DNA of 63,728 bases, filler included, from Welwitschia mirabilis (taxonomy: Eukaryota), in the NCBI GenBank assembly GCA_051453625.1. It is 6 parts of one record of this genome, joined end to end, with 100 filler letters (N's around TTAATTAATTAA, not from the genome) between each part and the next. Parts side by side here need not be neighbours in the genome. Positions count along the whole stretch, not along the records: positions 23,391 to 36,221 come from JBOZIK010000001.1; positions 36,322 to 48,219 come from JBOZIK010000001.1; 4 more parts are not named here. The stretch is one strand, 5' to 3'. Of the stretch, positions 28,891 to 42,300 are shown in pieces. The notes below the pieces were generated by a model that saw nothing but the letters and a program-made list of their open reading frames with translations, made no database searches and was not told the origin of the DNA. Each line of letters starts with the position of its first letter. Position 1 is the stretch's first letter. Position numbers and translations under genes: made by a program.

Positions 28891-28947
28891 GTGGTTAGAC
28901 CTCCCTCACCATAATGAATAATGTCTTAACACTCAATCTCCCTCTTT

Positions 28948-30490
28948 AAATAAAAAGATTTTCTTCTTTTTTGTTATGGTGGAGTTTGTGAAGCTCATTT
29001 TAGTGGCCAAAAGACTATCATGAAAATCTTACATTTAGAATTCTATTAATCCTCTATATTCAAATATGCCTTTGACTTTGCTAAGAAGTGTGATTCTTGC
29101 CAATGATCTGGAGGTCTTACTGGAACCACGACATGCTTTTTACACTTGTCTTGGAATGTGAACTTTTTGATTATTTAGGTATAGAATTTATAGGTCCTCT
29201 CAAATCCCCTTCATATAAAAAGCATTATATCTTAGTGTCAATTGTTTATGTAATAAAATAAGTTAAATCCATTCCTACATAGACTTGTGATGCAAAAACT
29301 GTTTGACAATTTCTTAGATGAAACAGGTTTTAAAGATTTGGATTTTCTAGGATTTTCACTTTTGATTAAGATACTCACTTTATTAATAAGATCCTTAGAA
29401 AACTCTTACTTTTATTTGGGATTGAATATAGAATAGCTAAATCTTATCATTTCTAATCAAATGGTAAGCTAAAAATTCTAATTGAGAGATCAAAAAAGTA
29501 CTCTTAAAACTTTATCATAAGTCTTGAAAAGCATGGACACTTTATCTTAATGATCTCCTTTGAGCTCATTGTATGACTTGACATAATTCTTTAGGTTTCT
29601 CTCCTTATTAACTTATCTATGGGAAAACATGTGTGCTTCCAATTAATGTATGCTATAATTTTTACAAAATAGTCCATCAACTTAAATTTATTTCTCATGC
29701 TGATAATCTTCAAGCACACTTAACCAAATTAAACCACCTTGATGAGAGGAGAATTTAGGCTCTCCATTGCCAACTTATAGTCAAAGCCCAAGCCAAACAT
29801 AAACATGATAAAAAACTTATGCATGAATATTTTCACCCTAGTTAGTATGTTCTATTCTTAAATGCTAGAGTTTATTTAATTCACAATAAACTGACTTCTA
29901 GATGGTTAGGTCCATATCTAATTGAAAAGGTGCATTCCTATGGTTCAATTGAGATTTCTGACCTAAAACCTAATGAAATAATGAAGGTAAATGGATAATG
30001 TTTGAAGCATTATCAGTCACCTGATGATTGCTCTTACTCAGTCAACATGATATAAGTAGTGAATTAGAGGATCCTCTCCTTGAAAAAGAGGAGTTCCTCC
30101 CCTTTGTTATTGTTTAAATGAATTCTTAACTTGACCTATCTCAGATTCGTCAGACTACTTGATCATCCTTCACATGAACAATGCTCCATCATTAAGATTC
30201 ATGATTTTTAACAAGTAATGAATTTGGCTTTATCTAAACTCAAGGTATTCAAATGCCCATAAATCCTTAATTCTCATCAATTACCTCATTAGAAAAGTGC
30301 AAAAACCTTCAAAAGAAAAAGAAAATTATGTTTATTTCCATGGTATTCTACCGCAAGTGCACTAGAGGGACACTTGGCTTTTGGGTCTATTCTCATTTGG
30401 CAATGTAATATGGTAGCTATGGAGACTTCACCTAGGAATAGTTAGTCATGATTAGGTTTTTACCTATGTATCGCTTTTCTTGTGGTAGGC
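28948..30490 (+). pseudogene. Gypsy integrase remnant plus downstream sequence, tandem copy 2
   Basis: Colinear and highly similar to 27330-28890, with no N-gap between the copies. Confidence 0.8.
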
Positions 30491-30827
30491 GAAAGAAGAA
30501 AAAGAAAGAAAGAAGAAGGAAGATAAAAAGCACTCAAAAATTTCTATGAGTACATTGATGAGCATCTCTTCATAATCACTTACTTCTAAATCTATTATCT
30601 TAAAAGCATTGTGTCATGTATATCTTTCACATTACTTAGTTTGACAATTATCCTGTGTGGATCTTATTAGGTCAGAATCTAGAATAAAGGGTACTAACTT
30701 TTTTTATGTTATGTAAATCCATTTCTTTCTTACTTCGATAGTTAAGTAAAAAATTCTTGAAACCAAATTGCATTCTCTTAAAATTCTTATTGGGCTTAAT
30801 TCTTTAGTTAAATCAAGTTATCCATCA

Positions 30828-33281
30828 TGAACTTTATGCATTTTAAAATTCGACTACTGGGCTTGGAAAATATTGTAAGCATGTTAGGGCTTAATTTTTT
30901 ACATTTCATCTTCGATTCTCAATTTTTAATTTCTAGTTTTTATGTCTCGAGCACCTCATGAGCCATTTCTACCTTAAATTTCTATTATACATAATTCTTA
31001 TAAATCCTTCCTAACATTCATGTGACTGCCCTACTTCAAATTCTAGATTTATCTAATGCATGTGCCTTTAAAAGCTTGTCATGCCATATGTCGTTCCCAT
31101 GATAAAGGCCATGTCACTCATTAGAAGACTATTGCGCCTATGGTCATCTTCACAATAATGGGTATGACACTTAAATTTTACTTTCTAGTAAATTTAGTAC
31201 ATGATTCATAATCCTTACCCTTATCTTAGTCATAAAATTTGAAAGCACTTAAATTTGGATGAGCTTAAAATCAAGAAATCACTTAAACCATAAAGTTTTC
31301 ATAGAACTTTTCCATTAGGCCCCTTCAAATGCTATTTTTAGCCAGTTGGGAAAATTCATCACTTTTACTAGATCCTCCACATAGCTCTTATCCTGGATCC
31401 ATGATTTTTTATTAAATTTTAGCCTAATTTAATCAAAATTTTTAAGGCTTACCTTCATCACATTAGCATGTTTACAATTCCTAAGCATAACTTTTACTTT
31501 CATAAAAATTAATTTTAGATTGGATGTGCACCTCATGAGTAAGGTCTAACATCAAACTCTAGGCTTAATTAGAGCTCAAAAAGGTTGTTGTTCCATTTGT
31601 CATCCCCATAACAGATGGGATAACACTATGTAATTTTCCTTGGATTTTTTGTATGATCGTGCCGAGTGTCATTAGCATGACCATGCAAGTGATACATGTA
31701 TCATCATTTAGGTCATTCCCATAACATGAGGGATGACAATGCAATAGTTTTTTATATAATCCTTTTTCTCCCTCATTTTCAAACTAGTTATTGTATCAGT
31801 TATTTCCTCTAACTCCTCTCAAGAGCTTCACTCATCTTTAACCTTTGAAGCTATCAATTGAGAGTAATTTAGTCATATTTCATGAAAATGAGGTAATTCT
31901 TCACCTTTGCTATGGTTTAAATCTCTCAATTTTGCTTATTTCTTTTATTTTATGACATATTTGATGATTTCTCTCCATACCCACCTATAGTTTTTGGCTG
32001 ATCTTCNNNNNNNNNNNNNNNNNNNNNNNNNNNNNNNNNNNNNNNNNNNNNNNNNNNNNNNNNNNNNNNNNNNNNNNNNNNNNNNNNNNNNNNNNNNNNN
32101 NNNNNNTGAACTTTATGCATTTTATCATTCAACTACCAGCCTTGGAAAATATTGTGAACATGTAAGGGCTTAATTGTTTGCATTTCATCTTCAATTCTCA
32201 ATTTAAAATTTCTAGTTTTTATATCTCTAGCATTACATGAGCCATTTCTACCTTAAATTTCTATTATGCCTAATTTTTTAAAGCTTTCTTAACATTTATT
32301 TAACTACCCCACTTCTAATTTTGATTTATCTTATTCATGTACCTTCAAAAAGGCTATTGTGTTATACGTTGTTCCCATGACCAAGGCCATGACACTTATT
32401 TCAAGACTATCATAACTTATGTCGTATCCATGACCAAGGACATGACACTCAATTTCAATTTCTAGCAAATTCATTACATGATTCATGGTCCTTATCCTTC
32501 TCTTAGCCATAAGACCCGAAAGCACTTAAATTTGGATGATCTTAAAATTGAGAAATTTCCTAAACCACCAAATTTTCTTAGACTTCTCTATTAGATCCCT
32601 TCAAATGCTATTCTTGAACAATTGGGCTAATTCATCACTCTCACTAGACCCTTCACAGATTACTTATCTTAGATCCATGATTTATTATCAACTTTGAGCC
32701 TAGTTTAATTAAAATTTATAAGTATTATCTTTATCACATTAGCATTTTCACAATTCCTAAGCACAACTTTTACTTTCATAAAAATTGAGTCTAGGTTTAA
32801 TGTGCTCCTCATGAGTAAGATCTAACTTTAAAATCTAGGCTTGATTAGAGTTCGAGAAGTGTGTTGTGTCATCTGTCATCCACATGACATGTGGGAAGAT
32901 GACTGTGAAATTTTCCTTCGGGTTTTTTATATGGTCATGCTCTTTTTCATTAGGATGATAAAGCAAATGACACATGTGTTATTTGTCATGTTGTTCCCAT
33001 GATAGAAGGGATGATAGTATGATAGTTTTTTAATATAACCCCTTTTCTCCTTTATTTTTAAACCAATTCTCATACCACTTATTCCCTTGGACTTCTCTCA
33101 AGCGCCTCACTCATCTTTGACCTTGGGGGCTATCAATTGCAAGTAATTCAGTTATATTTCATCAAAATGAGGTAATTTTCATTTTTCCCATGGTTTAAAT
33201 TTCTCAAATTTGCTTATTTATTTCTTTTTAGACTATACTTGATGATTTCTCTCCATACCCATCTATATTTTTGGCTGATCT
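30828..33281 (+). repeat. Diverged ~1.18-kb tandem duplication (30828-32006 and 32107-33281) around a 100-N gap
   Basis: Both copies start tgaactttatgcatttta and end ggctgatct. Confidence 0.8.
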
Positions 33282-33559
33282 ATACTTAGAAACTTATGGA
33301 ATTTTGTTTGCTAGATTTAAAGTTATGAGTATTTTCTCTTAAAATTTCATGTTTTTCACTTTTTAGAATTTTTTGCTCATTACACACTTATTTCATAGTA
33401 GTTTTTACCATGTTAGATGTCAAATCGATCCTCATTTCATTATCTACAATTTGGTTATTATGGAAGAGCATTTAGTTGCCTATAAATGAAGTTATGAATA
33501 TTTTTTCCTTTTTCCTTAACATGGCACATATTTATTTTATGGATTTATTCATGTAGTAA

Positions 33560-34805
33560 TGCAAGTTCATCCTCTTCTCAAATCTTTACATGCTCTACTA
33601 TAGCCTAGGTAGCAGAACAATGGGAGAAAGAGGCTATTCTATAGGAGTGAAAGCAACTCTATAAGAGTGAAAGCATAGTTGCTTCTATCATTTACTAGAG
33701 GGAGATGCACTTTGATGACTATATTCAGAGGCTTGAGCCTAACTTAGACCACATACTAGAGGAGCTCGGTATTCGAGGCTACTTATTACATACTCATGGA
33801 TCTTACTATGAGATGAAGATTATTTAGTTTTATCATATCTTTGAGGTTATCTCAATCATCAGGGAGTATGATTCATGTTATAATCATATCAGGGCCACTG
33901 TAGAAGGACGTTACATATACATTGAGCCATAACACATTGTAGTAGTCATAAGGATTTCTAGAGATGGGGAGAGGATTGATCCTAATATGTATGAGTTAGA
34001 CAAATGAACCTATGTCATCTAGCTAGAGTTATCATATAACGCAGGTCATGATCAATGAAGGGTAGCTATGACATATTTTCCTTCCTCTTACCATATCCTT
34101 CACCAAGCCATTATCCATAACATAGATCTAGTGCATTATGACTTGCATGCTAATATTTGCTATCTCTAGATTTTAACCATTAATCATCATAGAGAGAGAA
34201 TGGACTTAGTCACCTTCATTTGGCACTAATTAAGATGGATGAGTGCCCAATGCCTATTTTCTACCATTGCCTATCCTTATCTACTAAGTTCTTTCTTTTG
34301 ATGATTAAATATTACCATTCTAGCAGAGACCCCTCACTTAGTTTACATATCAGCTGATGATACCTATTTCAGGTGATTGGGGATATAGATCCCTGATATG
34401 GCTCCACCAGCTCCTGGTGAGGCACTTGCAACATAGCCACCTCCTCCTGAACAATCTCAGGTAGTTGAAGACATCACATTGGGTCAGTTCAAGACATTAC
34501 TTGGAGGAATAGAGTAGAAATTATATTCATAGATAGAGGATTTTCATGGCATCATTACCACATAACCCAATTAGTTGAAGGCACTTGTTCATACTATAGA
34601 GGAGCAGGCTCAAGCTTCCTTGGAGAGGGTGATAGATATTTAGTAGGATAATTCGGTGGGAATCCTTGAGGTGCTTCATATCCATCATGATGAAACCACA
34701 TCTAGCCTATGAGAGTACATCTCTCAGTACTTTCTAGATATTGAGAAGCCTATTATTGAGTTACCTATGGAGATAGGTGGCAAGAGAGCATAAATATGGA
34801 AGTTA
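33560..34805 (+). pseudogene. Degenerate Athila env-like ORF
   Basis: Translation IRATVEGRYIYIEP...YHILHQAIIHNIDLV...MDLVTFIWH...TIAYPYLLSSF, followed by a Pro-rich and coiled-coil-like tail; lies between INT and PPT; has stops. Confidence 0.6.
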
Positions 34806-35102
34806 AGTTCTAATCCTCTTCATATAAGAATTTATGATTATTGATGTAGTTCTGAGTTTTATAGAAATTTTGCTTATTTTATATTATTATACTTAGGCAC
34901 ATTTTTTTAAACTAGTAATCGATATTTATGTAATGTTATTTAATGATTACTTCCTTTTATCTTAAATTGCCAGTTTATCTAAACATGCAATGTAAAATTT
35001 TTTATTGGACTTTGAGGTTTTCTTTCCCTAATAATTTGGCATTACAAAGTTCCTTTTCACTTTGTTTGACGAGGGACTAATAAAATGCTAGGTGGGAGGT
35101 GA

Positions 35103-36221
35103 TGTTATGATTCCAAATTATCATATTTTAATAGTGTAATTGATGATGTTTTACATGGAACAGGAACTCGATTCAGTCATTTTCAAGAATTTTATCATAA
35201 ACTAATCTAATAATTTAATTATGATCTTAAGTGCCATATTTTCATCCATAAAAATGGGAATTCAACCAATGAATAAAGTGGAGTAAAGAGTGGAAGAAAA
35301 TCCCAAGAAATTGACTATCATCCTTACTATCACCCCCATCACAAAGGACATGACCATAAGGTTAAGGCATTTAAGGCTAGCTTGGGGAGGCTAACTTAGT
35401 GAGGCTAACATGGCAAGTCTAGGTGATGTTCATGTCCTATGTCATTCTAACAACACAAGGGATGACATATTTGTTAAGATTTAAATTCAAATCCCAACAA
35501 GCTTTTGCATTATGGCCTATGATTGGATGACGAAGAGGTGTCATGTCATACATCGTCCCAATAATAATAGTGACATAATAGTATTATGAATTCTTCCTAA
35601 ATGAGTTAATTAAGATTTAATTTACACCTAATAATGACTCTTTACCTATATTGACTTTCTTGACCTGTAACCACCTTAGGAAAACTATAAAAACCCTCAT
35701 TTGGTATCATTTATTCATCTTTTGACATTGGAAAACTAGTGACAAAGGCATCCAAAGAGTCAAGGGTAGATTTTAGCATAGGAGAGATCATTCTTGGTGA
35801 TTAGGTTATTCTTATAACATTTAGGAATAATTGCCTTGCTGAGGTATTTTGTAAGACATGTCATTTTATTTAATAAAATGTCTTTCTTCTTAAATTTATA
35901 TTATTTCTCTTATGGCTTGTGTTGAAGTTTGATTAATTCTATTTTCTAAATTAATTATGATTTAAATATAGTCATAAGGACTAAGTTTGAATGACAATAA
36001 CTTAGAAATTTGGTTATCATAGGCTTGCATCTTCATCTTTCCTTCATTTTTGCACCACACATTAGAATAGTTGAATTGTCAATTTCCCCTTTTTTACATT
36101 ATAAAAACACAAAATTTATCAAAAATATTGGACTAAAATTTAAGTTTTTATTATTTCTTATTTATGTGCTTGATTAGTATGTTATCTTATGCTCTCTAGA
36201 TTATGACATTCATTGGTTGAA
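35103..36221 (+). repeat. 3' LTR (last ~80 bp lost in the spacer), preceded by PPT
   Basis: PPT-like ctaggtgggaggtga directly before tgttatgattcc; colinear with 20339-~21453. Confidence 0.85.
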
Positions 36222-36321
36222 NNNNNNNNNNNNNNNNNNNNNNNNNNNNNNNNNNNNNNNNNNNNTTAATTAATTAANNNNNNNNNNNNNNNNNNNNNNN
36301 NNNNNNNNNNNNNNNNNNNNN
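36222..36321. other. Artificial assembly spacer N44-TTAATTAATTAA-N44
   Basis: Same 100-nt linker. Confidence 0.95.
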
Positions 36322-39300
36322 AAAGAGAACAAAAGAACCAAGGAATATTCCTTCTAAAATTAAGTTCATAAATATGGAAATGTCTAAAAATTGGATGAAT
36401 CCAATTTTATCAATAAAAATGCCTAAGTAAAATATTATTAATCATGAAAAATTTATAAGTAAATATATATGTCAAGTTAAAGATATTCAAGTGATAACAT
36501 AATGTTTACCTAAGGAATAATTAGATAAGGGCAAAAATAAGGTCTTCCTCATGAAGAAGAGCTTACAAAACAAGTGCTTCTATCATGTTTAAGGTTTCAT
36601 CAGGAGATGACTCATAAAGTTTTAACCTTTATCCATTAACCTTTTGAATTTCTCTAGTGTTTAGATTGGAGATTTCAACTGATCCATTTGAATGTACTTT
36701 TTCTATAAGATAAGAACCTAACCATTTAGAAGTTAACTCATTGTGTAAGAGGTTTACTCAGGTGTTATATAAAAGGACAAGTTAACCAAGTTTAAACTAT
36801 TTATGAATAATCTTTTTAGTATGTCTAAACTTAGCTTGAGTTTTATGAATAAGTTGACAATGTAAGGCATGAGTATGTTTTTCATCTAAATGGTCCAGTT
36901 GGGCTAGTCAAATTTTAAGATTTTCATTCAAGTCAACAAGGTTAAGTTGATGGGTGAAGTGATAAGAATTATACCAAACATCAACTGGTAACACACACAC
37001 TTTGTCGTACTTAAGTTCATAGGGTAAGAAACCTAGAGAGTTATGCCAAGTAGTACGANNNNNNNNNNNNNNNNNNNNNNNNNNNNNNNNNNNNNNNNNN
37101 NNNNNNNNNNNNNNNNNNNNNNNNNNNNNNNNNNNNNNNNNNNNNNNNNNNNNNNNNNCATTCAAGTCAACAAGGTTAAGTTGATGGGTGAAGTGATAAG
37201 AATTATACCAAACATCAACTGGTAACATACACACTTTGTCGTACATAAGTTCATAGGGTAAGAAACCTAGAGAGTTATGCCAAGTAGTACAATAAGCCCA
37301 AAGAACATCATTAAGTTTAGAGGACCAAGTTTACTTATTGATAAAGACTAATTTTTAAAGCATTTTTTTGATTTCTCTATTTTCATTTTTAGCTTGACCA
37401 TTGGTTTGAGGATGATAGGCATAAGCAATTCTATTTTCAACACCAATGGATAAAAGAAGTTTTTGAAATAGGTGTTTAATGAAATGATTTTCTTGATCAC
37501 TAATGATAATGCATGAAAAACTAAATCATTTAAAAATATAAGTTCGAACAAAGTTTTAAATAGTTAGGGCATAATTTTTGGTAGTAGGAATAGCTTCAAC
37601 CCACTTAATAACATAATCAACATGACAAGGATATAATTTTTCTCATTAAAAGGTGGTGTAATTAAGCCTAAAAAGTTAATTTCCCAATAATCAAAAGGTT
37701 CACATTCAAGTATGGGCTTGAGGGGCATATCATGAGAATGAGTTAGGCTACCATAGAATTGACATGCATCACACTTCCTAGAAAAGTTAAATGAATCTTT
37801 AAAAAGAGTAGGCCAATAAAAACCAGAGTGAAAAATTTTCATGGTGGTTTTTTGGTTACTAAAGTATCCTCCATATACCCCACAATGGCAAATTTTTAAG
37901 ATTTCTAAGGTTTCCTATTCAGGCACATATTTATACAAAATTTGATTTTTACAACATTTATAAAGATGGGGTTCATTCCATTCATAGTCACTGATCCTAT
38001 GGAGAAATATTTTATGTTGATTATGATTCCAGTTCTAAGGAGTTTTCATAGTCAAAAGGTAATTCACGATGTTAGCATACCAAGGAGCTAGACATGAAGA
38101 TAAGATAGCATATAGTTGTTTAATTGCAAAGAGTTGCTCATCAAGAAAAGACTCATTAATGGGAGTTTTATTGTGGAGCAAGAAAGTTAAAAAAGATGAT
38201 CAGTAACACTATTATGTTTTTTAGCTTTATCAATGATGATAAGATTAAATTCTTGCATTAGAAGGATTTACCAAATAATTCTAGCACTCGAATCATTTTT
38301 AGTCATGAGATAGAGAATGGATGCATGGTTTCTGTAAATATTAATATGAAAGCCAAGAAGATAATGTCGAAAATGATCTAATAAAAAGATAATAGAAAGA
38401 ATTTCTCTCTCAATGGTAGTATAGTTAGATTGGACACTTGATAAAGTTTTGCTAAGATAAGATATGACTTTGAAATAATTTTCATATTTTTGACCAAGAA
38501 TTCCTCTTACAGTAATGTTGCTTGCATCACACATAAGTTCAAAATCTTTGTTCCAATTGAGACCTATAACAATAGATTCAAAAGAGATGTTTTCCTTGAG
38601 GGTTTCAAAAGTGAGTTGGCATGAATCATTCTAATTGAATTTAACATACTTTTCAAGTAAAAAGTAGAGAGGTTTATAAGTTTTAGCATAATCATGAATG
38701 AATCATTGATAAAATTAGCATGTCTAAGGAAACATCTAACTTGTTTTAAATTAGTTATAAGGTAAAATTTTTTAATGATATCCACTTTTATGGGATCCAT
38801 CCTAATCCCTTCTTTTGAAATGTGATGACCTAAAATAATTCCACGTTAGACAAGGAGAAAACTCTTTTTCCAACTTAAATGTAAACTAATTTCAATACAC
38901 TAGTCTAAGACTTTTTCTAATCTCACTATGGTTTATTCAAAAGTATCACCAAAGATGGAGAAGTCATCCATAAAGATTTTAATAGGGTCTTATATCATAT
39001 CATAAAAGATTTCCATCATGGCTTGTTGAAAGGTCCCAGGGGCATTACAAAGTCTAAAAGGCATTCATTTAAAATCAAAGGTTCTGAGGTAAAAGTAGTT
39101 TTAGCTTGGTCTTTACTTACTCTATAAATATTATTATAGCCACTATGCCCATCAATAAAACAATAGTAGGCATGACCTTAGATTCTATCAAGAACTTGAG
39201 CAAGAAAGGGTAAAAAGCAATGATTGTTTTTAGTGAGTTCATTAAGTTTTCTAAAATTGATGCACCTTCTCCATTTCCCCCCTTTCTTTGTAACTACTGT

Positions 39301-42300
39301 TAAAGGACTAATCCACTCACTATCAAATATGGAATATATAGTTCTAGCATCTATAATTTTAATGATTTCATCTTTAACAATTCATTCAAGGGATGGATTT
39401 AGTATACTTTAGGTTACCTAATAGGTTTAGCATTATCTTAAATGTAGATTTTATGTTGAACTATAGAAAGAGGAATGGAATCTGAGTCTTTATATGTCTA
39501 AGAAAAGGCATTTTTCTTTGAATTTAAGAGTGAGATCAAATCCGATTCTTGTTGAAGAGTAAGAAGGTCACTAATTATTAAAGGTTTAATTTTATTTCAA
39601 AAAAGAAAAATGTATTTTAATCCTTGAGATAATTTCTTAAGTTCATGGGTGATATGCTAGGCTATTATTCCATCTGTCATGGGGATGACATACGTGGGAT
39701 ATGATACTCTTTAAAAAATTTTCTATTGAGTAAAGATGTTAAGCTTCTTCCCATTATACATGTTCTTCATCCTCAAACTCAAAATAATTTATTTCAGTAG
39801 GGTCATCATACAAAGTTAGTTCATGTAGCATGATTAATCTCTCTTCTATTGGTTGATGTTATAAAAACAAGGTTGGTTTTAATTCATCTTCAAAGTTCAA
39901 ATTACTTTCTATTTTTTCTTAGCAATATCAAAAACTCTAATGGTAACTTGTTTATTGTTAAAATGGTATCTCATCATCCCAAATCATGTGTTAATGATAT
40001 AATGGGTAGTTGCATAAAAGGCTCTTTCTAAAAGTAGCGAATATCCTCCATCATATTCTATCTCAATTATGACAACATCAATGAGATAAAAAGATTCCTA
40101 AATTTGGATAACTAGGTGTTTAATAATTCCTAATGGTTTCTTGATTGAGGTATCAGCTAATTCCAAGATGATAGGTATAGGTTTAACTCTGCTTTCTAAC
40201 CTAAGTCTTTTATATATGTGAAGAGGCATGATGTTTACACTTGCTCCTATGTCAATCAAAGATTTTCGTATTCTTTTATTTTTTTCTAAGATAATATTTA
40301 TAGTTGCAGTCCTGAGGTCTTTAAATTTAGGACATTTTTACATGACTAAGATGAAAAGAGATTGGGCAAAAATTACTTTACTAAGAATGATACATTTTTA
40401 CTTTCTTTTTACTAAATCTTTCCATAACTTAGAATATTTGGGATTTTCTTACAAGAGTTTTCAAAAGGGTAGGTTAATGTTAACTTCTTCATCAAAGATT
40501 TTAGGTATTCATCAAAGGCAGGATTTATGTTCAATCTATCCAGCCAAGGGGTGGATGGTTTCTTTCCTTTATCTTCCTTTGAACTATTTTTAGTAAAGGC
40601 CTTAGTAGGTGATGTAGGTTGTAAGAATCTCAAATTTCCACATCATATTCCTCATTTATCTCATTACTTTGTTTAGAATTTAAAACCTCATAGGTAGGAT
40701 GTGTTATATTCTTTTCACTTCCTGTCACTATTTTTAAATCTTTTCGAACTTCATTTGGGTTGAGTATTGATTGAGATGCAAGAGAACCTTGTGATTTTTG
40801 GTTAGCAAGCATTGTTTATTGAAGCACATTTGCTAGGTTTTTAGTGTTGCTATTAGTTTTCTCCTACACTTTTCTCATCTCTTCTATGGATTCTCTAAGG
40901 GGATCATTTAGATTTTGTTGAAAATTACATCAAAAGTTAGAATTGTTGAATCTATTTTCAAATGGTTTCCATTGAGATTACCCATCTAATCTTTATTGGA
41001 ATTGTGGCTGGATTTTAAAGTTAGGTGCTATTTGGTTGAAGGCACACATTTCCTTAAACATCTTTTCCTTATAAGTTGGTAACAAATAGCATTCTTTTGT
41101 TGGATGAGAGTCATATTCACAAATTTCACAATTTAAAGTTGAGATTTTATTCTTTACTACTTTTGTATCAATTATTATTTATGTATACTTTTTCAAAGTA
41201 GTAGTAAATATTTCATCAGGTTGGTTGAGTCCTCCCTTTCTTCTTCCTTATCATGCTTCAATTATTTTTGATCTTTTAGAATTTGTCCTACAATGCAATT
41301 TTCTTTAGTGGGTTTAGGCTAAGTTTGACTTATTTCTATTAAATTTTTGAGTACACTTCATGCATCATCTAGGCCTAAATTTAATACGTTACTTCCATAA
41401 AAGAAATATACAAGTTACTTTATTGAAGAATTTAATGCACTATAAAAATAATCTACTAGCTCTTCTTTACTAAATTCATCAATAGGATTGGAATGACTAG
41501 TGATTCTAAAATGTTCATAAGATGTTGCATAATCCTCATGAGTTTGTTATTAAAATTTGGTTAACTCTTTTCTTCTCTTCCTCATAGAACTCTCACTCAA
41601 AAATATTTTAATAAATACTTCTTGGACTTGAATCCAAGATTTAAGGCTTTTATGTGGCATAGTTTTGAGCTAAACTTTTGCTCTTCCTCTAAGTGTGACT
41701 AGAAAAATAATCATGTAAGTATGGTTACTAATATGTTTTTTTCTATTTCTTGAGGTAAGCATAAGTTGTTTAATGTCAGCTAAATGTTTAAAAGGATCTT
41801 TCTTTGNNNNNNNNNNGGAGGTATATCAAAATGATTTTGAATTTCACATTTTCTATTAGCAATTAAATCCCTAAGAGTAACATTCGCATTCAAGGAAAAA
41901 GTTCCTATTATAATTAAAGTATTAGATGAAGCAACTTACTTATGTTTTTATGATGCTTTCGATATGTTCAACATATTTAAAGAAACAATACGATCGACTT
42001 CTACACTATAATTTTTTTTGCAAAATATAATTTTGAAATAATAAAAGCAGAAAAATGTTCTTCTTCAATTCCTGGAATTTGCTTACCTTGGATGTGCATA
42101 CCTAAATTTAGCTTGAAGTCGAATAATCCTTTTTTGATTTTTTCTTCAATCAGTTCCCGTTATCTCTAATTTTTTGTATTCTTACTAGAATTCACCCTGT
42201 CCCTGCATGATTAAGAAACTAATATAAAGCAGAAATTAAAAATAGCAGATCATCATCCACCTGGTTATGAGGACAACAAGAAGGATAATGATCACAGTAA

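Larger units (their letters stand above)
20339..36221 (+). mobile_element. Near-complete decayed Ty3/Gypsy Athila-like element (LTR-PBS-gag-PR-RT-RH-INT-env-like-PPT-LTR)
   Basis: Similar LTRs at 20339-21533 and 35103-36221; PBS 21536-21554; gag (NFQQKDNEDYASSWE); protease ALIDIGASVNIM; RT, RNase H and integrase remnants in Gypsy order. Spans one assembly spacer. Confidence 0.8.
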
